A stretch of 64,000 nucleotides of DNA from Felis catus (lineage: Eukaryota), in NCBI RefSeq assembly GCF_018350175.1, contig NC_058368.1:166596001-166660000 (forward strand), written 5' to 3'. Shown here piece by piece: positions 38,240-52,035 of the stretch. Within the stretch, counting starts at the first letter, position 1. Every line of letters starts with the position of its first letter. A model generated the notes under the pieces. The model made no database searches. It worked only from the letters and a program-made list of their open reading frames with translations, and was not told where the DNA came from. The position numbers and the translations under genes are program-made.

Positions 38240-38327
38240 GAAAGGTGTTTGTGTACAGTACCAGCAGGAAGAATTGGAATGTGAAATCACTCAGACCGCT
38301 AGATCCCATCAAGACTGCTATCATTTA
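38240..38327 (-). pseudogene. Putative first coding exon (signal peptide), ends phase 1
   Basis: ATG at 38324 (second ATG at 38309) gives MIAVLMGSSGLSDFTFQFFLLVLYTNTF, then the consensus donor C|gtaagt. A ttttcag acceptor lies just upstream. The hydrophobic core and phase-1 end are typical of signal-peptide exons. Confidence 0.62.
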
Positions 38328-39027
38328 CTGAAAACTCCAGATGGAAATTTAAGGAGGAAAGAAGAGAGGAAAGGAGCCCAATTAAGACAGCTCAGGATTA
38401 ATTTTCTTTAAGAAGCATAGTTACTCAGCTGCTTGACATTAAGTTCTTTCTATAACAAAGCCACATCTGTCACTACTTATCTTCTCTGTAAGCAAGGCAG
38501 GTATCATACTGCAAAATTTTCTAAGTAAGAAATTGTTCTTTTATATTCTTTTTCTCCATAAATTGTTTCCCAAATTCTGTCTTCTTATTTCTTCTGTTTC
38601 CCAATTTTAACTAAAAAAAAAATTGTGTTTCCTTTATATTGAAGTGTCTTTGGTGGCTCTCTCTCTCACATAAAGAATTGCTGAAGTAAAGAAATACTTC
38701 ACGGTGTAGAGAAAAAATGTATTTCTAAATCTGTTCAGCTTGTGTTCATAGTTTTGCACATGGTTATTCACAGTTACTTTACATGTGGCTTATAAGAAAT
38801 TTCTCTATTTCTAGACAAAGCTATTTAATCAGCCTAATACTGGTATGGCTAATATAATCGTTAAACCATTTAGTTTGTATTGCAAACAGCAGTTAAAGTT
38901 ATGTTTGGATCTATCCAGGATTCAAAGCCTTTTGTGAATAGGTACATTTCTCGCTTACCCAATGTTTCCCATGTGTGCCATCAGAGCAAAAGAGGGTGAG
39001 AAGGCCTGTATTTTATGTTTTATTTTT

Positions 39028-39232
39028 AACTTTTTTTAATGTTTATTTATTTTGAGAGAGAGGGACAGAGAACAAGTGGGGAAGGAGCAGAGAGAGAGGG
39101 AGACACAGAATCTGAAGCAGGCTCCAGGCTCAGAGCTGTCAGCCCAGAGCCCCATGTGGGGCTCAAACCCATGAACCATGAGATCATGACCTGAGCTGAA
39201 GTTGGATGCTTAACTGACTGAGCCACCCAGCC
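39028..39232 (-). mobile_element. Can-SINE
   Basis: T-tail, GA body and head ...actgagccacccag. Confidence 0.92.
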
Positions 39233-42200
39233 ACATTATAATCACTCTTGAGATAGAAACCAAATGGCTCATACCTCTCTTAGTTTCAGGGATAATCCTT
39301 TTATTTAATGTCTAAAAAAAAAGAAGGCAAGGACTACATCTCAGATACCCAGAATTCTTTTCAGGAATAGGATTTCCTCCCTCAACTAATAATCTGTGAT
39401 TGGTTGGGAAATATTTGTATGTTCCATAAATGTATCCTGGTGGCTATTTATCACCTCCAAAATATGCCTGGCCCTGTAGTGTCTTTATGATCTCTTCCTA
39501 CATCTTGAGATTTGGTTCGTTTGTTTATGATATTATTAAATAGTGTTCTTTCCCTTCAGAGCACTCTCTCAATTAGTAATGTATTAGGAGAATTATTTGA
39601 TTATTATCCGTCTTCCTCATTTGACTGTAGTATCATAAAAAACAGGGATCATGTCTGTTTTCACAAATTTTTGTACCTTCAGTTCCTAACACAATGCCTA
39701 GTTCATGATGAGTACTCTTAAAGTAACTGAGATTTGGGGAGTGAAAGAACATTTATATTTTGCATGAATTGCTTTGCCCTGAGTTGACAAAGGTTTGTCC
39801 TTAATTCCTAAAAGCTTATTTCAGGGCAAGATGAGTCAAACTATACTCTAGGATTAAGGATAATAGAAAATGTATAGAGTACCTTCGGGTCCAGTACTCA
39901 TCAGGTCTCAGAGCGATGCTCAGGTTCCCCCAGTGAAATGTCAGATATCTCATCACCTTACACCTAATCCAAACACCAATCACAGAGTGAGGATGACTTG
40001 GTGGGTCTTCCCCAGATTTTCTGCCACAGGATATTTTAGAGTTATTCTCATTAGGAAGAAACTTCATTAGCACTTGGGATAACAATCAACACTCAGAAAT
40101 AAGGACAATGTAATTATAAGCACCAATAAACTTCCAAACTCTAGCTTATGTTGTATTTAAAAAACATATATACTTTATTATGTATGAAATCTCCCACCAC
40201 AAATCATATCAAGCCTAAAGATATACTAGTCAATTTTTAGGAAATATAAAATATGAAGAAAGATGTAAAATGATAGGCTAATATCAGGAAAATCCAGTCT
40301 TTGGGAAATTCTATGAATCTAGTTACTCAACCTTTTTTTTCAACAAACAAATTACAAGGGGAGAAAAAGAGATACAATGGAATCTATAAATATTAATTAT
40401 TTAGAATTAGAAACTAAAAAAGACTTAAGAAACATATTGATCTCACTTGGTTCCAAATTAGATCAAATTATTTTTTAATCTGGGCATTTGATGATAGTAA
40501 GAAAATATTAATTTTCAAGTCTGGTAATATATCGTGGTTCTGTTTTTAACAGTCCATTTCTATCTATCCAGATGAGATTTTTAAAAAATTCAGTTCATTA
40601 AGTTCATTGACTTGAACCTAAAAATTAAATAAACATGCAAAATCAACATGTCCAATCTATTTAATACCACCCAAGCAGAGTCACTTTCTTTTCATACTTT
40701 TTCCTAAAGTATGTCAGAGTATTAGATTTAACCATTCCACCTGCAACACTACAGTCTTTTTACTTTCCTACCAGTAAATTTCAGGATAAAAAGACATACC
40801 TTCATTTCCCAATAGCAAACAATTTTCATGCAAGAGAGGCACCTGATAATGAGCTTGTATTTAAGAAGAAGAAAAAAAAAAAACACTGGGAAACAGAGGA
40901 ATTTACTAATTCTCTAGTGGGAGTCTATTACTAATAATACACTGATTTTCACCAGGAATAATAAGTTAATGCTTGATTAATTTGGGTAATCCAGTTAGTG
41001 CCAGATTTTTTGGTATATGTGTGTCCCAAGCATATTTTGAGATTTTAAAATTTTGTGAGGCATACTTGAATTGGTTAGATTTCTAAATTTTTTTTAAATT
41101 TGCAAGTTGTCTTTTTTTAAAGACAATATAGTATTTTTTATACTTGTATTAAAAATAATCTATAAAAACAATTATAAATATTATTTAATCATGACATAAA
41201 ATTTATAGATTGACATATATTAAACTTTTTCAAGAGATGGGACTCTAATTCATTGAAATAACAATATTGAAAACTGTAACACATTCAAGACTTTTTAAAA
41301 TGTTTTGTATTTCAAGATACCCTTTCTTAATAGAAACCTACAACCGAACCAGTGGTATATTTAAATGTTTCTTTCTAAGGGCAGGGTTGATGGAAATTGA
41401 AGTAAATTATCATTAATAACAATACTAGATACTGTGGAAAAAATGAACTTTTTATTCAATCATACTTCTCTAGTACTAGCTGGTAGATACATTTTTTAAA
41501 TGCTGTCCTTCCATGACCTGAGGTGTGACAGAATGCGAGGAGGAATCATTGTGATACTCTGATTTGGTATCAAAGCAAACATTTTAAACTATTATCTTTT
41601 CTCTCTCTTTTTTTGACATTTTTTTCCATGAAATTTACCTTTTTCGAAAATCAAGAATAACTTCACTTGGCTTTTACATATTGATATTAAAAGCATTAAA
41701 CTATAACTTAGCAATAAACTCAAGACCTTTTTAAAAAGCCTTTTCTCATTATATTTTTTAATAACAATGATTGGAGTGGTGTTTTGAAGTGTATTACAAA
41801 GGTGAGTGGATGAATTTTGCATGATGTTTTTATAGTTCCAAAAATTAATTTAATAATTAAAGCCTTGCAGGACATTTTGTAACAAAGGTAAAAGGCATCA
41901 TGGAAGGCAAATCAAAAGGAATATGTTCTTCATCAGGCTAAATGGTTTACACATCCATTAGGTCAGAAACCCAGGTTGCTACTTCATAGCCAGTGTTCAG
42001 TGAAAAGTGGTGATTCCAGCTAGCAACAGAATTACAGAGCTATTGAATAAAGAGGTCTTCTGAATCTTCTAACTTGAGAAGCATACAGCTTACCTAAGAA
42101 GCAATTTTGGACATAACAGAGTTCCTCATACCCTATCAACTCACATATGATGCAACAGGCAGCCACTATAGATAATAACCGGAGCAAGGAATGAAATCCT

Positions 42201-43391
42201 TAGTTCTATGAATTTTCAACTTTATAGATTCTGGAGTTAATAATATAATTGAATACGCATCTGTAAGGTAACAACAGAAAATTAGCTTAACTACATTCAA
42301 GAAGTGAAAGAAGGTGTGGAGAAAAAGAACATAGGAACAAAATCCCTGAAAGTTAAACTGAAAGAGATACTAGAAGTCAACGTTACACATTTAGCAAGTT
42401 ATTGCTCTGAATGGTTACTTCTAAAGGGCAAAGCCTAAGAACTAGTTGCATGTAAAATAGAGTACATATTCCTAAAGAACATGATGTTATAGTTTTAAAA
42501 GTTCTCCCACCAGACATTTCTGCAGGACTCAATGGCTGCCAAGCACTAACTATTAAGATTTATTTCTAGAGGAAACTTGGTGTGCAAATCAGACTTATCT
42601 AGTTGAAAAGGATAGGTATTAGGTGTACAAACAATGAAATTTTATCAAGTTGGGGAGTCTGTGTGAACTGGTGTGGGGGTCTGAGGTAGTTAAGAACATG
42701 GGTCTAAGTATCAGGTAGCATGGGCCCCAGGCAGGCTCACTCAGCCCTAAGAATCTGTAGGCAACTGTCTCTCAACTGGTAAACAAACCTTATATAACTC
42801 CTTTTTTTTTTAACCTGATTCATACACAAATGACGTTTAATTTCATGCTAGGGAACATGTACAGCTAATGCTCTTGGATTTTTAAAAACACTGTAGGCTG
42901 TATTTAACTTTGACTCCTGTATTTCAATATTTATTTGTTTAAATCACATATATTTTTTCAGATTTTGAGGGCTGTCAGTACACTAAAAACTCCATAATTT
43001 CCATGAAAATAATTTAATATCTTTATCTGACATTATAAGATTCACTGGGTTTATTTTTACATAGACTTATAACTTTTAAATGATGTGAGAACTAATAGTA
43101 TTATATATAGACATTGTCTTGTAAATCTCTTGTTTGAATAAAGGACAGAGTTTATTTACCTCAAGTTGTCTGTCAAGCCTTTTAGAATTTTACTGTTGTG
43201 ATTAGTAAAGTTTTTTTCTTGCCTTAAAATTTGTTATTAAATGTAGATAAATTTGTAAGTATATTTACTCAAACATTGGGACTTTAGACTTAAGTCACCG
43301 GTAGTTTGCGGTAATCTTATATCTGATGAAATTTCACATATGGTTTGTAATCATGATAAAATTATCTTCTATGGCTTTAAACACTCTATGA

Positions 43392-44080
43392 GAGGATGTG
43401 GAGAAACGGGAACCCTCTTGCACTGTTGGTGGGAATGCAAATTGGTGCAGCCGCTCTGGAAAGCAGTGTGGAGGTTCCTCAGAAAATCAAAAATAGACCT
43501 ACCCTATGACCCAGCAATAGCACTGCTAGGAATTTATCCAAGGGATACAGGAGTACTGATGCATAGGGCCACTTGTACCCCAATGTTCATAGCAGCACTC
43601 TCAACAATAGCCAAATTATGGAAAGAGCCTAAATGTCCATCAACTGATGAATGGATAAAGAAATTGTGGTTTATATACACAATGGAATATTACGTGGCAA
43701 TGAGAAAAAATGAAATATGGCCTTTTGTAGCCACGTGGATGGAACTGGAGAGTGTGATGCTAAGTGAAATAAGCCATACAGAGAAAGACAGATACCATAT
43801 GGTTTCACTCTTATGTGGATGCTGAGAAACTTAACAGGAACCCATGGGGGAGGGGAAGGAAAAAAAAAAAAGAGGTTAGAGTGGGAGAGAGCCAAAGCAT
43901 AAGAGACTCTTAAAAACTGAGAACAAACTGAGGGTTGATGGGGGTGGGAGGGAGGAGAGGGTGGGTGATGGGTATTGAGGAGGGCACCTTTTGGGATGAT
44001 CACTGGGTGTTGTATGGAAACCAATTTCTCAATAAATTTCATATGTATATAAAAAAATAAAATAAAAATTATAAAAAAAG
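43392..44080 (+). mobile_element. Young 5'-truncated felid L1 (ORF2 C-terminus plus 3' UTR)
   Basis: Uninterrupted [23 protein letters not shown]...YHMVSLLCGC*, AATAAA and A-tail. Perfect TSD taaacactctatga at 43378-43391 and 44081-44094. Confidence 0.97.
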
Positions 44081-44809
44081 TAAACACTCTATGAAACTTT
44101 TGTAAATCAAAAAGAAAGGCAGACATTTATACCTCTTGACATTATACTCTATTGCTACTATTTCCTTATTCTCTGCCTTTGAAGAAGATTCAGAGATTTT
44201 TTTTTACTCAGAAAATTTGCCCATTTGTTTTCTTCAAAAGAAATAAAATAGGTTTTATAACAAATAATAGTGTATATCTAGTTAGAAAACATCAAAGTAG
44301 GGCAGGTATGATATAATCTCAATAAGTTCTTGATTTAAAAGTATTAATCATGTGTCTGGCAAAGCAGTTGTCTCTAATGTACATTTCAAGACATCTGTGA
44401 AAATTCATAAAGGAAATGTGAAGAATAATGCAGCACATGTATTCTTTACATCTCTTTAACTGGTGATTCCACCAAGCAATTTAGTAATTCTATATGAGAT
44501 AATGATTAAGTTGTGAGTGAGATACAAATCACCACATAAGAAACAAATGTAATAGATTTTTCCCACTAACAATCTCAAAATCCAATTTTATCTAAATGTT
44601 TTATTAATGACCTTTATATTCAAAAGATTTTTGATAAAATATAAAAGTCGGTACCACTGCATTACAACAAAGGTTGCTATAAGGTCAATTTATGTTTAGT
44701 GTAATTATAGATTGCAGATACGGTCTGTGTGGCCTTGCTATGCAAGTGGAGTTCTTGTTTAGATTTGCTATGTTATTGAAATTATAGTAAGTGCAATATC
44801 ATTGACTTC

Positions 44810-45660
44810 AATTACTTTTTAGTGAAGTATAACATGCCTATGAAAAACTTTAACACATTGCATATTACTAGCACACCAAAGTTCCTCCCTGACATCCCTC
44901 CCAGTCACCAATATTTCTCCTTAAATGAAATACTGTCGTGATTTCTAATTCTACATATCAGTTTTACCCAGTTTTGAACTAATATAAATTTTATAGGAGT
45001 TCTTTTTTGTATATGTTTTAAGTCTTCTATATAAGTTATGTTTGTGAGATGACATTGCATGTAGCAGCTTATTCACTTTGATTGCTATATAACACTCACT
45101 ATTAATATACCATAGGTAATTCATTTATTCTATCGTTGATGAACAGCTGGGTTGTTTACAGTTGGGGGTCATCATGAATGAAGCCACAAGGTCATTCTTA
45201 TAAGGAATTGCTGAGTTACAGGGTATGCATGTAATCAACTTCGGCAGATAATGCCAAATTGTTTTCCAAAATGTTGTACCAGTTTGCACTTACTACCGGT
45301 GTAGGAGAGAATTCTAGCAATGCTGCATTTTTGCCAACAATAGGTATTGTCAGTCTCATATTTTCTTTTGGTTTAAGGTATACTGGTGAGTTTGTAATGA
45401 TATCACATTGTGGTTTAATTTATATTCCCCTTCTATCAACGGCTTTGAACATTTGTTTATGTGCATGTTAGCCATTTGGGTATCCTGATCAAATGTTTTC
45501 TCATTTGTGTTCCCTGTCTTCTTTTCTCTTGATTTATAAGGATATCTCATACATTCTGGATATGAATCCCCTGTGGTTTACATGGATTATCAATACCCTC
45601 CTCCACTCTGTGGCTTATTTTTTTTACACTCTTAATAACATCTTTTAATGAGCAGAAATT
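44810..45660 (-). mobile_element. Old L1 (L1MC/L1ME-type) 3' fragment
   Basis: ggaattgctgagttacagggtatgc, gccaaattgttttccaaa and cattgtggtttaattt motifs. Confidence 0.75.
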
Positions 45661-48645
45661 CCAAACCAAGATCAAGGGAACATTTTCCTTTCTAGTGATC
45701 TCACTGTCATCCCTACTTTACACACTTGTATGTACATACACAGAAGAGAACTTTAAAAATTCCCCTTTCTACCATATGAAGCTCAATTGAGAACTGAATC
45801 TCACTACTGTTAAAAACAACTCATTGCTTGCATATGGTTTGAATAGTTACATACCTAGCTTCAACGTTTTTTTTCTTCATTTGACAGTTTGTGGGTCAGG
45901 AATCATCATCAGTGACAACCCTAGCATAGGTGATATCCTGAGCAGATTATTATCGAGCAACAATCATGAAATGAAATATATAAAAATAACGGCCAGAAAG
46001 AGCGCACAGATAGTAGAGGTTTGATTTTGCTAAACTTTGTATACATGTGATTATGTCAGTAAAAAAATTTAAAGAATACAAAATTGGAATTATTATAGTA
46101 CAAAACAGGGAATAATGTAGTGGGTTAGCTATTTTTTTTAGTTATTACTGTATCTTTAAAGAATGGGAAAATATCTTATACATTGGGCTACAGCTATAAT
46201 AAGTTATAATCAATTTAAAGTTTCTGTTTGCAAGTCTTAAGCTGCAGATTTATCAATGAGTTTATCAGGGTTATCTTTTTAAACTATGGTCAGTAGGCAA
46301 TATAGCCAGATTTGTAACTTTAACTCTGCTCAGAGTTGATTGACAAAGTTTTCATTAATTTTAATTTCAAAAAAAATTTCACATAATACAATGGGCATAC
46401 ACAATTTTAAAAATATCTAAGGTATAAGGAAAATTTTGGCATATAATGATAAAAATCCCTTTTTATAATAAATTCCAGAAAGTACAATATTATTATATGT
46501 TGTCATTTCTTTAGGATCAATTCTAATAGTTGCCAATATTTTAAACACAGATAAAAGTCCAGGTGATCAAATTTTGCTCTGCCTTTTTTCAATCACTGGG
46601 CTATCATTTATTACTACTCTGCTGTTTAAAGGGAGCCTTGAACTGTGCTTAGAAAGATCTCAAATGATTCCAAATGTTTATGAACTTATTCTGGAATCAA
46701 ATGCATGTATCAAACCCAGCTATATAACTGAGAGGTAAATTAAGTTCCATGTAGAATACAATGTTTACCAGAGGGTAAGTAGCAAAAAAGTGCTAATTTG
46801 AAGCTTACGTGTATATTACTAAAACTCAGTAGCAACTGTAGCAATTGTTTAGAACTTAGAACAATGCATTTTCTTTCTGGAAGGAAATTTTTATTATTGG
46901 CTTAAGGCATGGTGTTAATAAAAAGCAGGTTGACTTTAGTTGAACATTATTATTTTTAAATTCTCTACAGACAGTGCACCTCATGGATTGCTTATACCAC
47001 AGATGGACTGCTCCCATGCCTCATCTTTGACTTGCCTCTACCAATCACTGTGAGTTTTTAACTTTAAAAACAATCCAAATGTTGAACTCTTTAATGATTG
47101 ATGCCAATACTTAATGGCAATGCACTGAGAGGAACATCTTTGACATGTAAAACATTACATTTTTCTCTTGAATATCCTATTGACAGCATTAAATGGTATT
47201 CACATTGCCTCTCAGGGAACAGATGTGTAATATTTAAGTCAGGAAGGTTTATCACAAACTAGAAGCATAGTAGCATTCTCATTTTGTATGTATAAACTGT
47301 ATTCTGGCTTCACAGCTTTCTGATGTTTATCACAGTGAGTGAGTATCATAAAGTGCTCATTTTCCTCACTCTGTCTTCAACAAGGATTCTAGTATTAATA
47401 AAAATAATATTTTTTTTACATTTTCATGTACTTTTTTGGGTTACACAAACTACAGAATGTTTTTATGTACATATACATACAAATCATACAGATATACAGT
47501 TTCTTATTGCTATCACAGCTCAGATGTTATTATTTCCATTTTCTCAACTGAGGAATCTGTGATTCTGAGAACATTAACAATTTGAGCGCATGTGTTTATT
47601 CACTCAACAAATATTTATTTAGTCCTTATTCCATGCCAAATTCTACATGAGGAAACGGGAATAAAACAAGGTCCATACACAATTATTCCCCTCAAAATTT
47701 TTGAGTAAATGTAAGGCTAAGCTTGAACTTGACCCAAGATTTCAAGCTCTTGGCTCATGACTCTAACTCTACACTATGACTCCTGAGGACCTCAATTAGC
47801 AAAGGCAGATGTTTTGGAAAATCCCTGCAAGAATGTGTGCAAAGTAATGAACATTGCTGAAACTACATGTTTTATACCTTAATAGCTTCATGTCTCTGCT
47901 GTCTTGGTTTCAGGCTTTTGACATCAGGCTAAATGCAGTATCCTATATCTTCTTATTGGGCAATACAGAAGATCAATGGGGAAAGCAAGATACATGTTTT
48001 AAAATATAGAATACCAGAATGCATTCTAAATTGTGCTCAGGGCTGTGTCTTCATTCCTTCAGACAAGAGCCAAAAGTAAAAGGAACATTCTCTTTAATGG
48101 TTGTAACTACATTGATTTTTTTTTTATCATTGTTGTCACAGAAGATGTAAAAGATTTTTTCAAGACGATTCTTTTCATGATGATGATAACATTTATATTC
48201 TACTAGCCTTATAGAGAGAAAAAAAGCAGAATGTATGTCTCTTATTGTGTAAAAACAATGGAGTTGTTGCATAATGAAGTGGAAAAGAAAGTAAGTGAAC
48301 ACAATATCATTATAGTATATTATAAGCCATTAACAGCATGTGAGAAATAAGTGAGTTTTGTTTGATTGTCCAAAGTTCTTTCAAAGTAGCTGAATAAGTA
48401 GTTGATACTTACACTGTAAAGAGATTTTCTAAAAAAGTTGAAGAAATAACTTTTGTGGTTCTAAGGCAGATCCCTTAAAATATGAGAAAAATGAATTAAA
48501 AAAATGAAGAGTGCAGCTACTCAAGATGTTATTGTTTATCAAAATGTATTAACAATTCATGAGGTGAATGAATAAAGTCCTTCCCATATGACTTAACTTT
48601 CCTTTGAAATGCTACGTATTTGCAAGTATATATATTTGTCTTGTG

Positions 48646-48646
<1 letters not shown>

Positions 48647-48689
<43 letters not shown>

Positions 48690-48704
48690 CATACACATAT
48701 ATAT

Positions 48705-48741
<37 letters not shown>
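48647..48741. repeat. Compound (TA)n(CA)n microsatellite
   Basis: Read directly from the sequence. Confidence 0.95.
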
Positions 48742-48744
<3 letters not shown>

Positions 48745-49035
48745 TTCCTATGCCATAAAGGATTTGGGGTTTTCAGTCTGAATAATATCTAACCTTACAT
48801 CCACTATCTGCATAATTGTGACAGGGCAATATTGAGTGTAGCTTGAACTACATTAGAGATTATTTATCCAAAGCCTGTGAGATCTTCTTAATCACAGTGT
48901 CTCACCTACTGAATGGTTGGTGATAATTATCTGTCATCCCAGAAACATTGGTAGGAAATATATAGTGTATTGGGCAAAGTCAGTAAAATGTGGTTTAGAA
49001 TCTCAGACCCACTGCTTTCTAAAAGTGCAATAGCA

Positions 49036-49240
49036 GGGACACCTGGGTAGCTTGGTTGGTTACGTGTCTTTATTGTAGCTCAGGTCATGATCTTACGGTT
49101 CGTGGGTTTGAGCCACACATTGGGTTCTACACTGACAGTGCAGAGCCTGCTTGGGATCTCTCTCTTTCCCTCTTTCTGTCCCTCCCTGCTTATGCTCACT
49201 CACTCTCTCTCAAAATAAATAAGTAAACACTAAAAGATAT
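49036..49240 (+). mobile_element. Can-SINE
   Basis: TSD aaaagtgcaata(g/a)ca at 49021-49035 and 49241-49255. Confidence 0.93.
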
Positions 49241-52035
49241 AAAAGTGCAATAACAATATAGAATACAGTATCTGTGACTCATGGTTATTATAGCTTTTTC
49301 CTAAAAATCTCCTAAAAAGAAAATTGCCTATTTTTTCTCTACAAATTGCCTAAAACTAAATAAATACTAGATGATGATAGGTCTTATTATCAACATTAAT
49401 AATATAAATATCAAATCAATGATGATATGAAACACTGTTCATAAGGTTATTCATGTACAACTTATGATTTCATTACTATTATCACTAACCTTAAAAGATA
49501 TAATAAATTATAATTTTTCCAATAATCCACATATAATACTCAGTTTCTTTCTCAGGTAAATATAACAACTAGAATCTCAGAATAGGACACAAATAGCCAA
49601 GTGCCCCTAAGTCAATATGACTTTTCAGATTCTCCAAATTCTTACACTGTTTTTCATATTTGACTATATACGGCAAGTCCAAGAAAGAAAAACAATATGC
49701 TAAAAGTAAATATAATTACATATGATTTCCCTATTTTGTACAGTAAACACATATACTATGATAATGGCTAATGGATATTCAGTTGAGTTTTTCTTAAAGA
49801 CTCTGTAATAGTTATTTTCATTAGAAGAGCATTTTTAATTATGGGTTGTCTATCTTCAAGGCATTCTCAATAACTTCTAAGCTTTACAAGAGTGAGGATC
49901 AATTGGAAAGTTGCCCTGTATTTAACATAGGCATGCCCTAGAAATCCTTGGTTCTACAAAGCATTTATTGAAATCAAGATTCACTTTTTAAATCCATCTC
50001 TAGAAGAAACTCTATTGATTCTTCTTCTAGCAAGTGGGAAGTATAATGATTAGTGAGCAAAAACAAAACCTTACAATGTTCAGAGAGAAAGAGAACACAC
50101 ACCGATAGCTCCGCCGAATGACTCAAATTCCTTCTAAGATTAAACACCAAGTAAAGCAGTTGTAATGCTGTGGCTTCAGCAATTCTAACAAAACACCTCG
50201 TGCCTCTGTTGCATGTGAAGTGTGTTACATACTATTCTTCCCATGTGATAATGTATGATTTCTCACAGAAATTGCTCTTTCTCTTAGTGTATTGTGTTCT
50301 AGCCATTTTATTTAAAATATTTTACTGAAAAGATAATATGCCATAAAACTACAATAAAAATTTTATATGATTTTACATAGCCCACCTCCCTCTGAAAAAT
50401 GTATTTCTCTCTTAATTTTAGCATATCTATTTTCAAAGTTAGTTTGAGGTAACAATGCTTTGGAAATGATTACTTGGGCAATTCTCCATTTGTGAAAATC
50501 ATATTGAAATAGAATTTAGACAAGGGAATCTCACAAACCGATCATTGATATTTTTAGAAAAAATAAAGCCATATAGAAGGCATTATTTACAAAGTGATGC
50601 ATAATTGCTCTACTTCGGGGAATATGTGCCACACACACACACACAAAAGGAACATAATTTACTTACTGTTCTCTTAAACACTAAATGTCTTAGGAAAGGC
50701 AATAAGAGTACCTATGAAAAAGCAAGGACATCATTTGATCACAGTAAAATTTCAAGAAATTATGTCTGATGAGGAATAACAGATACAAACTCACTGACCT
50801 TATACTACAGAAGATTGATCTATTAATGGTTGAAAATGAACAGGATGGAAACATGATAGTAAATTTAATATGAGGAGAATATCCAAGACCCTACGAAATT
50901 TTTGGAGAGTGATCAGACAAGTTTCAACTACTCACATTTAAGTTCTTCAGGATTGTACTAAAACCAGAAAATAATAGGTGCTGACAAACTACATTGTAAC
51001 CCACAAACATTTCAGCCTAGCCATCTTTAAGACTTAGAGGATGTAAAATTGGTCCTGCAGCCATTAAGCTACCACCACTCACCGACAGACCAAAAAAGAG
51101 AATGGGTCTTTGGACTTGTCCCTTAAAGAGGTTGTGCTTGTGAAAGGAGGTTGTCAAGAGAAGAACTCTGTCTTACTAGTACTTACAAGGTTACTAGTAA
51201 GAAGAAGAGGAATCTAGCACATCATTCCCTTCTCTCCTTGACACCTACATAAGTTGTACACTCTGTGATCTGTTCCTTTCTCATATCCGAGCAGTTTCAA
51301 GAACAGGATATGAATGGGTGGATGAAGTGGAAACCTGGAAAAGTAGCTGTGCTTGAGCTATCCTGCCTGTACTCCACATGATAAGAATGTTTTCCGGGCA
51401 AGGAAATCCCAACAGTGTATGCCCTGGTGGGGGAAGAGCGAAGGGAGAATGAATGCGGTTGTGTCCAAGTGGGACCTCTCAGATCAGGTATTCTGAAGAG
51501 GCCTGCAGAGGTCTCAGACAGACTTCAGAGACTACAAATGCCCAGAGGAAATTAAGCAAGCAAACAAAAAAACCTGTCAATATCAGTTATATAAACAGCC
51601 ACAATTTAGAAATAAGAAAATAGTGACTTCCTTGGATGATATATGTCCCATTTCTACCCTTCTACTTGTCTAGTAAAAAGGAGGAGCAGGTATTGAGGAG
51701 GTAGGGAGTTTCACCCTTCATTACTGTTTAATAACTTAATGGTCTAAATCAAGATGGTGAACTACTCATAACAATAAGGTACCGTCTGAAAACTCTGCAA
51801 ACCTCTCTGACTGCTGACAGCAACCAGTTGTAGGTATGTCTTTTTGCTTGATCCTTTCCAGAAACTCTTATTAAAACTTATAACCTCATTTATATGAAGG
51901 AAAAGCCATGTTTGTGCTTTTATTTGGGAGTGATAAAGAGAAAGGAGCACTCCTAAGGGTGATGATAGTAACTGCAGAGGTCTGAGGGTATTGTCAGTGG
52001 ACGTAGACCATGATTTAATTCACATAAAAACTAAC

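Larger units (their letters stand above)
1..38324 (-). pseudogene. Multi-exon unprocessed (probably unitary) pseudogene for a large secreted/membrane protein with VWA/Cache-like motifs (CACHD1 / alpha2-delta-like); 3' end lies beyond the window start
   Basis: Chain of minus-strand exon remnants with AG/GT boundaries and mostly compatible phases: 38240-38324, 29642-29718, 29021-29246, 22727-23300, 22136-22284, 12331-13192, 11021-11759, (2442-10949, split), 1973-2340, 411-508, <1-260. Translations are protein-like with many stops and frameshifts. Family call from by-eye motif similarity, not a search. Confidence 0.7.

Noticed and set aside
38959..39006. Possible 5' UTR exon (acag|...GG|gtaagc)
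   Set aside because: The acceptor lacks a polypyrimidine tract and abuts a SINE tail. No other support.
51030..51760. GC-richer purine-biased block that might be an old LTR or an exon
   Set aside because: No clear termini, TSD, ORF or splice pair. Probably an ancient LTR remnant but not supportable by eye.
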